This document shows, piece after piece, positions 1-12,565 of a stretch of 64,000 nt of DNA (positions within the stretch are counted from its first letter, which is position 1; each line of letters begins with the position of its first letter). This DNA comes from Heteronotia binoei. Its lineage: Eukaryota. The stretch covers positions 23,808,001-23,872,000 of the forward strand of contig NC_083237.1 of NCBI RefSeq assembly GCF_032191835.1, in the 5' to 3' direction. The notes under the pieces were generated by a model. That model made no database searches and was not told the origin of the DNA. It was given only the letters and a program-made list of their open reading frames with translations. The position numbers and the translations under genes are program-made.

Positions 1-719
1 TGGGATAATATTGGAAGTTGAGAAGATTGTTGCATCTTAAAGTCTTACAGTATATTATACAGTACATAGACTTCATTAATATGGACTTGAGTATGTATTC
101 ATATCATGATTTGCTGATAGAGATGTAGGAAATAACATGTTTTTGGAATTATTGTTATACATTGATAGCAGTAGTTATTTCTTCATGGCTGCTGGGGGGT
201 TTTTTTTGTCTTTACCACCTGGAGGCTGGTAACCTTAGGCAACAGGGATGCAAGTGAGGTGAGGTTTGTTTTAAAAAAATTGCAGAAGGCATGGGTTTTG
301 AGGAAGGACACCAAAGACATCCACAGCCACAGGATCTGGGCCCACCTGGATAAACTGAGATGATGATGGTTGCTGACATCCTTTTTCCTTAACAATTTGA
401 CCTTCCTATATTCTTGGGCATCTCCTGAACAGTAAAAGGGCTCAGATGGGGGACGGTGCCTTGTTTCCTGATGCATCACCTGAGCCAGCCAGAGCCCTTT
501 AATCAACAATCAGTGAATTTGCTATAGGAACAGAATTCTAAACCTGTGCCTCTTTGACTGAAGGAGTGGGTGGGAAGATGAAAGGGGTGGAGCTCCTCAG
601 CATCTCTAACACTCTTCACTTTGCCTTGGGTACCAGTCTCTGGAGAGGCAGTTTAGTCTCAAGCTCGGAGCTTTAGAAAAGAAACAGAAAAACCCAGAGA
701 GAGAGAGAGCGCCTTGGGA

Positions 720-858
720 ATTTACAAAAAAAACCCCAGGAAGCTGGATGAAAGGGCAGAGAGAGATATAAACGAGGAGAGGGACCAGAGGAGCCCCGGA
801 AATCGGCTCCTTTCCTTGGAATCCACCTTTTCAAACCTCTTCATCTCTAGAAGATCAG
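720..858 (+). other. Putative non-coding first exon of the C19orf85-like gene
   Basis: Strong donor CAG|GTATGT at 858/859, upstream of the acceptor at 3372; the 5' boundary is a guess. Confidence 0.3.
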
Positions 859-1139
859 GTATGTAGAACTGGGAACACATTCGAGATGGGATGCCTTTTA
901 ATCGCTGCAGCCCCTGATAATACGTTGTTGGTCTTGCACAACATATGAATGTATTTTCAAAGATTGTGTCAAGGTCTCATCTGATTGAGAAGGGGTGTGT
1001 GGGTGTGGGTGCGTTTTTTGCTTGATCCGCAGTAGAGACTCAGATTTTGTGGTTAGTCGAAATGTTTTGGGTATTCTGGTTGTTTTTTGTTTTTTTAAAA
1101 ACCCTCACAATATTTATATCCTGCTTTTCTCCCCAAAAA

Positions 1140-1430
1140 GAGCCCTGTGTCACAGAGTGATAAAGCCACAGTACTGCAGTGGAAGCCCTCTGCTCACAAC
1201 CTGAGTTCGATCCCAGCGGAAGCTTGTTTAGGTAGCCGGCTCCAGGTTGACTCAGCCTTCCATCCTTCTGAGATCGGTAAAATGAGGATCCAACTTGCTG
1301 GGGGGAAAGTGTAGATGACTGGGGAAGGCAATGGCAAACCATTCCCGTAAAAAGTCTGCTGTGAAAATGTTGTGAAAGCAGTGTCACCCTAGAGTCAGAA
1401 ACGACTGGTGCTTGCACAGGGGACTACTTT
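1140..1430 (+). mobile_element. Sauria-type (tRNA head / BovB tail) SINE
   Basis: tRNA-like head, GACTCAGCCTTCCATCCTTC core, GGCAATGGCAAACCA...GCTTGCACAGGGGACTAC tail; flanked by an approximately 14-bp duplication TTTCTCCC(C)AAAAAG. Confidence 0.9.
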
Positions 1431-1578
1431 TTTTTTTACTTTCTCCCAAAAAGGGGACTTGAAGCAGCTTTAAACCATCGTTCTTTCTCCATGTTATCCT
1501 CAGAAGAACAGTCCTGTGAGATAGGTGAGGTTGAGAGTATGTGACTAGGCCAGGCTCAATGAGCATATGTCTCCATGA

Positions 1579-1795
1579 CATATGAACATACCAAGCTGCC
1601 TTATACTGAATCAAACCCTCGGTCCATCAGAGTCAGTATTGTCCACTCGGACTGGCAGTGGCTCTCCAAGGTCTCAAGCTGAGGTTTTTCACGCCTTTTT
1701 GCCTGGACCCTTTTTAGTTGGAGATACTGGGGGACTGAACCTGGGACCTTCTGCTTCCCAAGCTGATGCTCTACTACTGAGCCACCGTCCCTCCG
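1579..1795 (-). mobile_element. tRNA-derived SINE with LINE-like tail (Squam3-like)
   Basis: Minus-strand head GGAGGGACGGTGGCTCAGTAGTAGAGCATC...GGTTCAGTCCCC (A/B boxes); near-identical copies at 8553 and 40193. Confidence 0.8.
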
Positions 1796-2368
1796 TAAAA
1801 GTGGAATAGATCTGAGTCCAGTTACACTTTAGAGACAAGCCAAAGTTTTCTGGGAGAAACATTTGAGAATCAAAGCTCCCTTCACCAGACACAACTGGAG
1901 TAGAAGTGGAGATCTAGCAAAGGAAGGTTTCAGACCTGGCTCTCTTACATTCTCGTCTGACACCGTAACTTCTTTACCATACTGGTCTTTCTTCTCCGGC
2001 AGTCTCTGTATGTCTCTTCATTCCTGATCCATTCCAGAGCTTAACACTGCTGAAGTTCTCTCTCTCCCTCTCTCTCTCTCTCTGTTGCACCTTCGTATTC
2101 ATTACATAGGAATCCCTGAATAAGGAACATATAATACAGTGGGTTCAGCAATGCATGAAGGAGACGTGGTTGCAGAGGTCATGGCTCTCTTATTCAGTAC
2201 AGCATAGGAGCGGCTGAACTAGAAGACTACTGAACTGGCCAACACGGCCAACTATATACAGTCCTGGGTTCCTGCGCTAGGACGCCATTGGATCGTTTGA
2301 AACAGCAGGGGGCTTCTGGTTGGACCAGGGCAGCAGGGATTTGGATCCTACTGCCTATTGTTCTAGAG

Positions 2369-2888
2369 CAGTGGTCCCCAACCTTTTTGGTCCCGGGGAC
2401 CGGCCCCAGGGCCAGCCTGCTAACCACGGCCCCAGAACCGGCAGGGTGGGAGCACCCAATTCAGCCTCCCCCCACAGCATTTCCTCCTCCCTCCTCGGAC
2501 CCCGTGCAGCCTCACCGCCCCCCGTGCAGCCTCGCCACCTCCTCCTCCCATTTTCCTCCCTCCTTCGCCACCACCCCCTGCGCAGCCTCGCCTCCCCCCC
2601 CCCATTTTTACCATTTTAAGGCCAGGGAAGGGGCCGTGAAGTGCCTCCCAGGCCAACTCCCCTCCCACTGATCAGCTGATGGGCAGGAAAACCACCGCCG
2701 CAGCAAGCCATGCTGCCCTTGCCTCCTTCCCTTCCCTGGCCTTAAAATGGTGAAAACGGGGGGAAGAGGAGGCGCTGGGGGGGGGGGGTAGTGAGGCTGC
2801 GGGGGGGGGGGGCGGTGAGGCTGTGTGGCCCTTTTCAAACAGGCCGTGGCCCGGTACCGGTCCCCGGCCCGGGGGTTGGGGACCCCTG
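2369..2888. mobile_element. Non-autonomous hAT (Charlie-like) element
   Basis: TIRs CAGTGGTCCCCAACC / GGTTGGGGACCCCTG; perfect 8-bp TSD TTCTAGAG at 2361-2368 and 2889-2896. Confidence 0.9.
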
Positions 2889-3372
2889 TTCTAGAGTCCC
2901 CAAGCTCAGTCCTCAAGGCTCCAATGAGCCAGGCAGGAACACTAATAAAGAACACTCGCATGAGTCCACATACACAACAGAACAGGACTTTGAATGGTGC
3001 TGAGTTCCCCAAACAAAATTTGGACCACCCCAATTCACAAGCCATTAGATTACATTAGTAGATGGTTTGCAAATCAAGACGTAAGAATTTGTAGGTGCTT
3101 CATCGGCCTTCCTCTATGGCTCAGTCTCTGCCCCTCCATCACAAACTGTTCCTTCCACAACTGTGTAGATTTCCACCTGCTAGCTGGGCTGGTGCCTTCC
3201 ACTCCTGACTCCTCCTTTTTGGATGTCTTGAAGGCCAGGTGTCGGTCTGGTGACTGCCCCAGTTTGCATTCATGCTGTTGCCTGAAGATTGTCCATAATC
3301 AGGACTAATATGAAAAACTGGAGTGGGAGGGAAGATCGAAGGAATGTTTATAATGAGCTTGTTTTACTGTAG

Positions 3373-3717
<345 letters not shown>

Positions 3718-4222
3718 TAAGGATGCCCAGGAATCTGTCATTTTCTTGCTCACCAGAAGGGGTGTTGTGGGAAGGTCACTGCTCTTGGAGGTGCTGCGAT
3801 TGGGGATAGGGATGACCACAAGCTCTGCTGTGTCCCATAATGCACTGCTTCAGGGAAGCTGGAACTTGTAAGGAAATTCACAGGTCTGACCTAACCATCC
3901 AGAAGAGATTAAAGAAGCTTCAGCTAGGGGATGCCAGCCTCCAGGTGGCACTTAAGTAGTTATCCTTCTTAGCCCTTCCTGTATTCCCTCCAAGATGTTC
4001 AGGGCAGCCTCCCTGGTCCTCCTTTTCCACGTCAGCCAGGGCTTGCCCTAGACTGTCTGGCACCTTAGGCAAGGCTAACTTCTGCCCCCCCCATTTGGTG
4101 CCCCCAGGAGGCCAGCGCCCTAGGCAATTGCCTAGTTTGCCTAGTGGCAGGGCTGGCCCTGACCTCCGCTTTCATATCACTGTTGGCAGATCAACTCACC
4201 CTCATCTCCTTTCCTCCCTTAG

Positions 4223-4799
4223 GAGCTTTGTGGACATTGAGGCTGCGACCCGACGCTTGGCCACCTCCATCCTTTCCCAGGAGGCTGTGGCGCCCCCTCA
4301 GACACCTCCGAAGCCTCACATTCCACAGCCAATCGTGGCCTCTCCTGGCTCCTTTCTGGGCATAGCTGAAGCTTTTGTGGCTCCTGACCAAATTCCCAGC
4401 TGGGACCCTGCTCTCCACTCCCTAGTGCCAGATCCTGGCGAACTGTTTGAGCCCATTGCTAAAGAGATGGGGCCGTCAGCCGATTGCTGCGCCTTGTTTA
4501 ACCCAGACTCTTTAGGATCCAGCTTGCTGGGACATGACCTCCAGCTCCATACACAGCCTTATCTGAGTTCTGCAGCCTCTGGAACTTTCACGGACCCAAA
4601 TGCTTGCCTTCCAATTGCAGCCCAATGCCCTGTTCTCACCTCTGAACCAGGGGGTCTGGTCCTTTCCCCCTATGACCCTTGCATGCCCTTCTGGGACCTG
4701 GAAAAGTGGTGCCCACCAAGTGTGGATTTCGCCCACTCATCTGAAACTCCTGCACTGGATCAGGGAGACATGAGCACCTCCCAGCATCTCCCATCTTGA
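4223..4799 (+). CDS. C19orf85: C19orf85-like protein, last coding exon
   Basis: Pyrimidine tract and AG at 4221-4222; phase-2 join gives R-SFVDIEAATRRLATSILSQEA, matching the recalled human IEAATQRLALSILSQEA; stop TGA 4797-4799. Confidence 0.8.
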
Positions 4800-5476
4800 T
4801 CTAGAGAGAAGAGGAGCCAGCAGCATGAGAGAAATACAATTTTCTTATAGTGCCTGCAGCATCAAGTGTCTTCCTGTGGTATCCTGTTTCCAGCTGATGG
4901 CTCAAAGACAAACCAACCAACAAAAAGCATCCTCTCCCTTCCATACTTTTTCATCCTTCTTCTGTCTCCTACAATTAGAATCCTTTGAGGGATCTGAATG
5001 TGTTCAAGGCTTAAAATGAAGACCAGTCATCTCTCAGCCATCACAACTGTTTATCAGCATAGCAAAACAAAGATGAACTTGGGGGTCTGTGTTGTTGTTG
5101 ATTATTGCAACTGTGAAGTCACTGGGCAAAATCCTGCCAGTTTTTAAACCCATCTCGCATCGTTCCAGTCCTTACTACAGTCCCATCCGAGTTCCACACC
5201 CTTTTCCTCCCTTTGCAGGACTCACACTGTCCAACGTAGCCTTTTTGGTGGTTAGAGGGGACCTCATCTCCCTTTTTCACCAGCAGAAAAGCTGATTGGA
5301 TCCAACCCATTGTGCTTACCTTGATAGCATTTTGCTTGTCCATAAGAATATTAATGTTACACCCTGTCCTTTCCATTCCCTGTTTGATCTTACTGTTTAC
5401 TGTTTTTTGTTTCATAATTGTATTTACCAAGGTGAGATTCATTCTCATGCAGCTGATGGAGCAGGTTCTGTGTCAC

Positions 5477-5482
5477 AATAAA
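5477..5482 (+). terminator. Candidate polyadenylation signal of the C19orf85-like gene
   Basis: AATAAA followed about 40 nt later by a GU-rich (GTT)n tract. Confidence 0.4.
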
Positions 5483-5987
5483 AGCATCATAGTCTTTGAG
5501 GTGCCACAAAATTCCGGCAGTTTTGTTGTTGTTGTTGTTTTGCTGCAGGGTAATGCAGCAATCTCACAAGAATCTCTCTCCTACAAACATCCCTTCATTT
5601 CATGCATACCTCCACCATTTCCCTATATATTCCCCCTGTTTTCCCTTCTTTCCTCCCCATTAAACCTACGGCACAATCAGCGATCCTTGGTTTTTGCCTG
5701 AAAAAAAAAAATAGCATTACATTCAATTACGTTGGTTTAACTGTGTAATCTGATCTTCCATCTCCCAACATACTTTGCCATTCACTGTTAGTTCCTTTTC
5801 ATTATACTTGAGTGCATGAGATGCTTAATCCTTTCTTTAACTGAACAATGGCAAAAGAGAACTGACATTTAAATACAATCTTGCCAAGGGACTAGCAGGG
5901 CCAGCGGCTGTGACCATTAAAGTCTTGCTTCTTACTGCCACCTAGTGGATTCTTCCTTTTTTGCACCCTAAGAGAAACATTTTCATA

Positions 5988-6564
5988 AAAGGGTGTCAAA
6001 CTCATTTGTTATGAGGGCTGGATTTGATATAAATGAAATCTTGTTGGGCTGGGTAATATCGGGTTGGGCTGGGCCATGTGTGTACGTATTTAAGATTAGG
6101 TAGCAGAGATACAAACTTTATAAAGGACACAGACAAATACAATTAATTTTATTTTCTAAAAAAACAAAACCTTAAAACATGCCCAAAACATTAGCACTCA
6201 TTAGTTTTAAAGGTGTTTTCTTTGTATTTCTCCCATGGGTTCCAGGGAACTAAAGGAAGCTCTGGCTCTTTCCTTCCTTCCCCAGGGGACCAGGAAGGAG
6301 AGGAGCCTCAGCCAATAGAATAGCTCCGTTGTGTGATTAAGAGCACCTCCTCTCTCCCCAAGGGAGAAGTCTCAGTCAATGGAGAAAATAGAAGTTTTGC
6401 TTTGTAGCTCCTGTGCAATTGAGGAAGCCTTGCAAAGCAAGCAGATGCAGAGGGAAGCAAGAGAGAGGGAGAAGGAAGCAGATGACAGCCAGTTGCTCGG
6501 GGGGCCAGATAGGGGCCGTTCGGGGGCCAGATTCGGCCTCTGGGCCGCATGTTTGACACCCCTG
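5988..6564. mobile_element. Non-autonomous hAT element
   Basis: TIR-like ends (A)AAGGGTGTCAAAC / GTTTGACACCCCTG; no TSD seen. Confidence 0.7.
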
Positions 6565-6574
6565 GTTTACAGGG

Positions 6575-6790
6575 TTATCATAAGGAAACAAAAATCACTG
6601 GAAAAGACAATAATGGTAGAAGTGGAAGGCAGCAGGAAAAGAGGAAGACCCAATGTGAGATGGACTGACTCAATCAAGGAAGCCATGGGCCTCAGTTTGC
6701 AAGATCAGAGCAAGGCTGTTAATGATAGGATATTTTGAAGGTCAACAACTCAATTTGAACACAACTTGATGGCACTTCACACACACACAG
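6575..6790 (+). mobile_element. RTE-clade LINE 3' fragment
   Basis: SLEKTIMVEVEGSRKRGRPNVRWTDSIKEA is a typical RTE ORF C-terminus; ends in a (CA)n tail. Confidence 0.75.
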
Positions 6791-7526
6791 ACACATGCAC
6801 AGAGGGAGGACCTGGGACTCTGGCAAGGGAGGAAGTACCTGTCAGTGAACCTCACACCATTAGTGGATGGCAGCCACACAAACCTATACTAGATTTGATC
6901 TTCTGGTCACTCTGATGTGGCTTATTTATTTACATTTATACTCCACCTTTCTCCCTGGTCCCCATGCTGATGCAAAGCACTGTACATCCTTTTCCACACC
7001 TTCATTTTATCCTTACAGCCTCCCTGTGAGGTAGATGAGGGGTGGGAAAATAGCTCTGGAAAAGGGACCTGCCCCCTCCCAAAGGAGGGAAGGAGAGGCT
7101 GCCTGCCTGCTTGGGCAGGCCACCATGGACCCCCCCCCCCCATCTGCTACTGAAATGGCCTCACTGAGGTGGAGGTGAAGACCGCTGGCCCACCAGCAAA
7201 AATCTTTTTGGCCACAATGGTCAGTCCACCCTCCTGAGAGTGCATGACTAGCTCAAGGTCACCCACCAAACTTCTGGGGTAAAGAGGGAATTTCAAACTG
7301 GGTCTCCCAGATCCTAGTCCAACTCTCTAGCCATTAGTGCATTTATAAAATGCAGTTTTTTCAGCACCCATCTCAAAACTTAGGAAGATGTTTGTGTTTT
7401 TCCACTGCATTCTGCTCTTTGTATGAAGACATAAAAAGCCACCTTTTTCTGAGCCAGAACACTGATCTATCATGGTCAGCAATATCTGCTCTTGGGGGTT
7501 TCAGGTGGAGGTTGCTCATATCACCT

Positions 7527-8017
7527 CAGTGGCGGACTGACCAGGGCGTCAGCTTGTCCAATGGCAAGTGGGCCCCTGATGAAGTGCCCCCCCCTTAAAC
7601 TTTAGAAAATACGTTAAAAATGACCTTTTAGTAGCTTGAAAATATAATAGACGTTCCAATATTATCACTGTAATGCAATTAAAAAACTAAGGTTGGCAGC
7701 CTGCAGGTGAGGCCTGGGGATCTCCTGCTTTTACAACTGATCTCCAGCTGGCAGAGATCAGCTCCCCTGGAGAAAATACAATTTGCATTTACATTTAGTA
7801 TCTACTGTATACTGCCAGTAATATGTATGATATATGTACATATATGTACTATAATATGTATATTTATTTTGCAAAAGTTTTAATTGTACTTTTTTCCCAC
7901 TTACATATTTTGAACATTTTATTTATTTCTTATAAAAATTAAAAGATAGCCTTATAGTTGTGGGTGGGCCCCCTATGTCTCCTGGCAACCAGTATTTTTA
8001 GACCCAGTCCACCATTG
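7527..8017 (+). mobile_element. Non-autonomous hAT element (CAGTGGCGGACTG TIR), copy 1
   Basis: TIRs CAGTGGCGGACTG / CCCAGTCCACCATTG; homologous in reverse orientation to 8859-9575. Confidence 0.75.
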
Positions 8018-8552
8018 CTAGTATTATCATACTGCCAGATGCTCTGCCACTGAGACAGCCCTTGTTCTTGTTACCAAATGCTCTAGTTCTGCTTTTCTCA
8101 GACTCTGAAATGTGCATGGAATAATAATTTTTCCATTAGTTAATTTTTTTCAAAGCCATCCTTGAGTCAAAATCCATGCACATATATTAAAACATCACAG
8201 TGCTAAAAAGGAAAGAACATTAAAGGAAACATACAGTAATAAAAACATCAAGAAGCACAGACCAGAGCAACAAAGGATTGGGTGAAGAGAACAGACTTTG
8301 CCCAGTGCCTAAAGAATGATAACAAAGTGAACATACTATGGAAGGAAGTTTCATAGCTGGGCTGCTACCAATGGCCACACCTCCCTTGCTGAGATCAGAG
8401 ATGGGCCTCAAATGACAATTTCAATAGCCAGACAGGCTCCCAGAGGAGAAGGCCAACCCTGCTGTTACCCTGGTTACCCTACAGTTACCATGAGGGTTTT
8501 AAAGGTCACCACCAGCCCTTTCAATTGAGTCCACTAGAAGCTCTCCATGCTT

Positions 8553-8762
8553 TGAACATATGAAGCTGCCTTATACTGAATCAGACCTTTCGTCCATCAA
8601 AGTCAGTTTTGTCTTCTCAGACTGGCAGTGGCTCTCCAGGGTCTCAAGCTGAGGTTTTTCACACCTATTTGCCTGGACCCTTTTTTGGAGATGCCAGGGA
8701 TTGAACCTGGGACCTTCTGCTTACCGAGCAGATGCTCTACCACTGACCCACCGTCCCTCCCC
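8553..8762 (-). mobile_element. tRNA-derived SINE (Squam3-like)
   Basis: Same family as 1579-1795 and 40193-40403. Confidence 0.85.
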
Positions 8763-8858
8763 TTTGTAACGGGGTGGGGGGGGATGGGGTCAGGGAATTC
8801 TGCCAGTGTCTCTGGTCTTTGGCTTTTTGCTACAAAGGTGAGTAAGAATATGTGCACC

Positions 8859-9575
8859 CAGTGGTGGACTGGGTCTAAAAATATTGGTTGCCAACAGTGT
8901 TCCCTCTAAGCTGAGTTAGTGTGAGCTGGCTCACAGATTTTTAGCCTCCAGCTCACACATTTTTGTCTTAGCTCAGGAAGGAGGACCCCAGAGCCAACTA
9001 ATTTATGCAGTAGCTCCCAACTTTAATGCCAGTAGCTCACAAAGTAGAATTTTTGCTCACAAGACTCTGCAGCTTAGAAGGAACATTGGTTGCCAGGAGA
9101 CATAGGGGGCCCACCCACAACTATAAGGCTATCATTTAATTTTTATAAGAAATAAATAAAATTTTCAAAAATACGTAAGTAGAAAAAAGGTACAATTAAA
9201 ACTTTTGCAAAATAAATGTATATACATATTTTAGTAATTACAGTGTACATATATTGTACATATTACTGGCAGTATACAGTAGATACTAAATGTAAATGCA
9301 GATTGCATTTTCTCCAGGGGAGCTGATCTCTGCCAGCTGGAGATCAGCTGCAAAGCAGGAGATCCCCAGGCCCCACCTGGAGGCTGCCAGCCTAAATGCA
9401 ACATACATTTTAGTTGCATTACAGTAATAATATTGGAATGTACATTATATTTTCAAGCTACTAAAAGGTCATTGGCATTTTTAACATATTGCCTAAAGTT
9501 TAAGTGGGGGGGGGCTACTTCATCAGAGGCTCACTTGCCATTGGGCAAGCTGACACCCTGGCCAGTCCGCCACTT
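8859..9575 (-). mobile_element. Non-autonomous hAT element, copy 2, with a nested MITE
   Basis: Reverse complement of 7527-8017; 8-bp TSD TGTGCACC at 8851-8858 and 9576-9583. Confidence 0.85.
8895..9088 (+). mobile_element. hAT MITE (CAGTGTTCCCTCTAAG family)
   Basis: TIRs CAGTGTTCCCTCTAAG / CTTAGAAGGAACATTG; TSD GTTGCCAA/GTTGCCAG; copies at 43955 and 48294. Confidence 0.9.
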
Positions 9576-10311
9576 TGTGCACCTGAGCCCTCCCTCCAAA
9601 GGTTATACCCTTGACAGTAATCTGTCTGCCACTGAAACAACAACAAAAAAATTGTAACTAGAGATGGAGTGTGGGATATTCTAGCAAACTCATGTTGGTC
9701 AGAGGGAAAGGGGGGGGGGATAAGAAAAGGGCCAAGAATGAAATATCATAATAGTAAAAGATTTTCTGTGCACATGTTATTATCACAAAGCTGTAAGGTG
9801 AGCTAGTATTATACTACCAGTTGTGGAACAGCTCTCTTGACAGTCTCCTGGTGAGCTTGTAGCCACTGACAGGGAAGAATAATGGAGTAACACAGAGGTG
9901 AAAAGAATGAACTGTAAACTGGATGAGCCTAGATAATTCTGTCCACCACTGTGCTTTATATGTGCACATCATTTACTGCCCACTCTGTCCAAGCAGGTAG
10001 CCTTAGCAGCCGCTGAGTACTGAAACTCCCCACCTGAAGAGACAGCATCTTCAGCACTGATCTCTAGATACCCTAGAAGTTTGTGCTTTTTGTTTCCCCA
10101 AGAGTTCTACAACACGAACCATGAACAATGTCTTGCAAGCTCAGGGACTCAGGAACATGGACACTGTTGCATGGTTTGGTGTTGCTCACCATGTTCGTTT
10201 TCTTGGAAATAGCCTAATGTTTGAAATTGCTGACACCATTCCTTACTTTTCCAGTAAAATGAACACAATGGACAAAGGGGACTTTAGTAAGTTGTTTGTT
10301 TTGTGATGTAA

Positions 10312-10600
10312 GAGCCCCATGGCGCAGAGTGGTAGAGCTGCAGTAATGCAGTCTGAACTCTCTGCTCGTGATCTGAGTTCGATCCCAGCGGAAGCTGGAT
10401 TCAGGTAGCCGGCTTGAGGTTGACTCAGCCTTCCATCCTTCCAAGGTCAGTAAAATGAGTACCCAGCTTGCTGGGGGGAAAGCGTAGATGACTGGAGAAG
10501 GCAATGGCAAACCACCCCGTAAAAAGTCTGCCATGAAAACGTGAAAGCAACATCACCCCAGAGTTGAAAACGACTGATGCTTGCACAGGGGACTACCTTT
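10312..10600 (+). mobile_element. Sauria-type SINE
   Basis: Full-length head, core and BovB-like tail. Confidence 0.9.
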
Positions 10601-10940
10601 AACATTTTTGTTGTTGTTGCTTTGTGACACTTGAGAAGCCCAAAATTTCAGGGACAGGAGTGGATTTTTGCTTTCATCAAGCAGTACGAGAGAACAGTCT
10701 CTTTCCTTAAAAATAAAACCTAGCCACCGCTCTTATCTCAAATCAGCCCCTTTCCTTTTCAGTTTCCTGTGAGTTTGAGAGTCCTGTTGGCAGCGATGGC
10801 TCTACCTTACTTGCCAGTAGCCTGGAAGTCATCTGACATTAACCCTTTCCTTAGCAGCCAAAACAGCTGAGTGAAATTCTAATGCCAAAATAATAAAAGG
10901 AAGCGCTTAAAATTAAAACCAGTGTCCAGAATGCTGGAGG

Positions 10941-11212
10941 GAAGAAGAAGAATTTTATATCCCACCCTCCACCCTGAATCTTAGCGTCTCAGAGCTGCTC
11001 ACAATCTCCTTTACCTTCCTCCCCCACAACAGACACCCTGTGAGGTAGGTGGGGCTGAGAGAGCTTTCTCTGAAGCTGCCCTTTCAAGGACAACTCTGTG
11101 AGAGCTATGACTGACCCAAGCCCATTCCAGGTGTTGCAAGTGGAGGAGTGGGGAATCAAAGCCGGTTCTCCCAGATAAGAATCCACACAGTTAAGCACTA
11201 CACCAAACTTGC
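10941..11212 (-). mobile_element. tRNA-derived SINE with (TTC)n tail (squamate Squam2/MIR-like)
   Basis: Minus-strand head AGTTTGGTGTAGTGCTTAA...GGCTTTGATTCCCCAC; (TTC)n tail; shorter relatives near 1440, 6950, 33560, 35440 and 41450. Confidence 0.7.
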
Positions 11213-12023
11213 TAGCCATCCGCAAGCCAGCCTCTCCATTTGTTTTTGTTTTTAAAATAATCTTTATTTTTAACATACACCAAACCAATATGACATGGAG
11301 CAATTATAAATTTCTTTAATGAGAAGTAAGTCCCTTTTTATTCAGTGTTGTTTACTCCCAGCAAAGTTCGTTTCTTTGTTTGTTTGAGGATTGCAGCCAA
11401 TGTGTAGCTAGACATGGGCATCTATCTTGAGATGCCACTACAGTCCATCCCTGGTCTCTAGTGGTATCTCAAAAACTAATGTCTTTATTCTAGAATAAAA
11501 TTCCATGGACTAGAGTCCACTTTGAGCGCACAAAAAGTTTATGCTAGAAGCAAAACTCAGGGCGCCATTAGGTCCCAGCCACAAGACTCCTGGTGGTTTC
11601 TTGCTGCAAATGACTCATGAAGCCGACCCTCTTTGCATCCTATGGAATTCAACCATTCTTTGAATTAATCTACTATACCTTAAGGCGGCACCACCTATCA
11701 AGCTTTCCCCTTCCGAGCACACAATAAAAACATTTTATGTTGAAAAGGAAGGAGCAAAGATCAGGAGAGCAGAGAGTATACATGGAACGTTCCCCAGTTA
11801 AAGTTCACAGGAATCAATAGCGCCAATAGCGTCCAGTGACAAACGACTGGCCCATTCCGGGAAAAAATAATAATTGTGAATTAATGGAAATACCTAAACG
11901 TTAATTCAGAAACAAGAAGAGGGCAGGACGAGAAAAAGTTCTTTAAAATTGTTTCTACAGCCTAAAACGAGGGGCATTTGTGGGCCAGGCATCCCACGTA
12001 CGATCCCGAAGTTACTGAATGAA

Positions 12024-12470
12024 TGTGTTACTTGAGTCACTTTAAAGGGCTTGGACGAGGCCACGACAGCTCCGGGGAGATCCGTTCCCTAACTGGGGAG
12101 GTCCAGACCCTCCGGAGATTGGCCTGCCCCCTTTGCCCGGCCCGGGAGCCCGACGAGGGCTTTTTAATTTGCAAGAAAAAGCCCAAGATTTGGAAGTCCG
12201 GGACTCGCCGAGCGGGCAGCCGCCGCCTTTCTGCCTCCTGGGCGCGCCCGCCGGGTCCCCGCCAAGCCCCCGCCGGCGCCGCCGGGCAAGGCGAGATCCT
12301 CGGCCTCCGTTTCCCCCGGGAGCCGAGGGCCTGGGCGGCGCGGCGGCGGAGCCAGGGGCCACTTTGTCTGGGTCAAGAAACACAAAGTGGCCGGCGGAGC
12401 AGCCATGTCTGGCGCGGGGAGAGCCGCGCGCGCAACGCACCAATCAGGGCGCAGCTCCGCCCCTATAAAT
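12024..12470 (+). promoter_or_regulatory. Histone H1 promoter: TG box, H1 box, CCAAT, TATA
   Basis: TGTGTTA 12024-12030, AAACACA 12378-12384, GCACCAATCA (CCAAT 12440-12444), TATAAAT 12464-12470. Confidence 0.9.
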
Positions 12471-12565
12471 AGCAGGCGGCCGCCGCGCTCCGGCTCAGAC
12501 TTTACTTTCCGGCTCTGGGCGATTCTCGGAGAGGCACTTGCAGCTCCCTCCCAGCAGCAGCAGCC

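Noticed and set aside
183-509. 108-aa minus-strand ORF
   Set aside because: No recognisable domain, weak start and no convincing splice context; cannot be supported, though a neighbouring gene beyond the window is not excluded.
8690-8762. tRNA genes (also at about 1730, 10312, 11150, 19992, 40340, 62296)
   Set aside because: These are tRNA-derived SINE heads continuing into SINE bodies; there is no complete cloverleaf.
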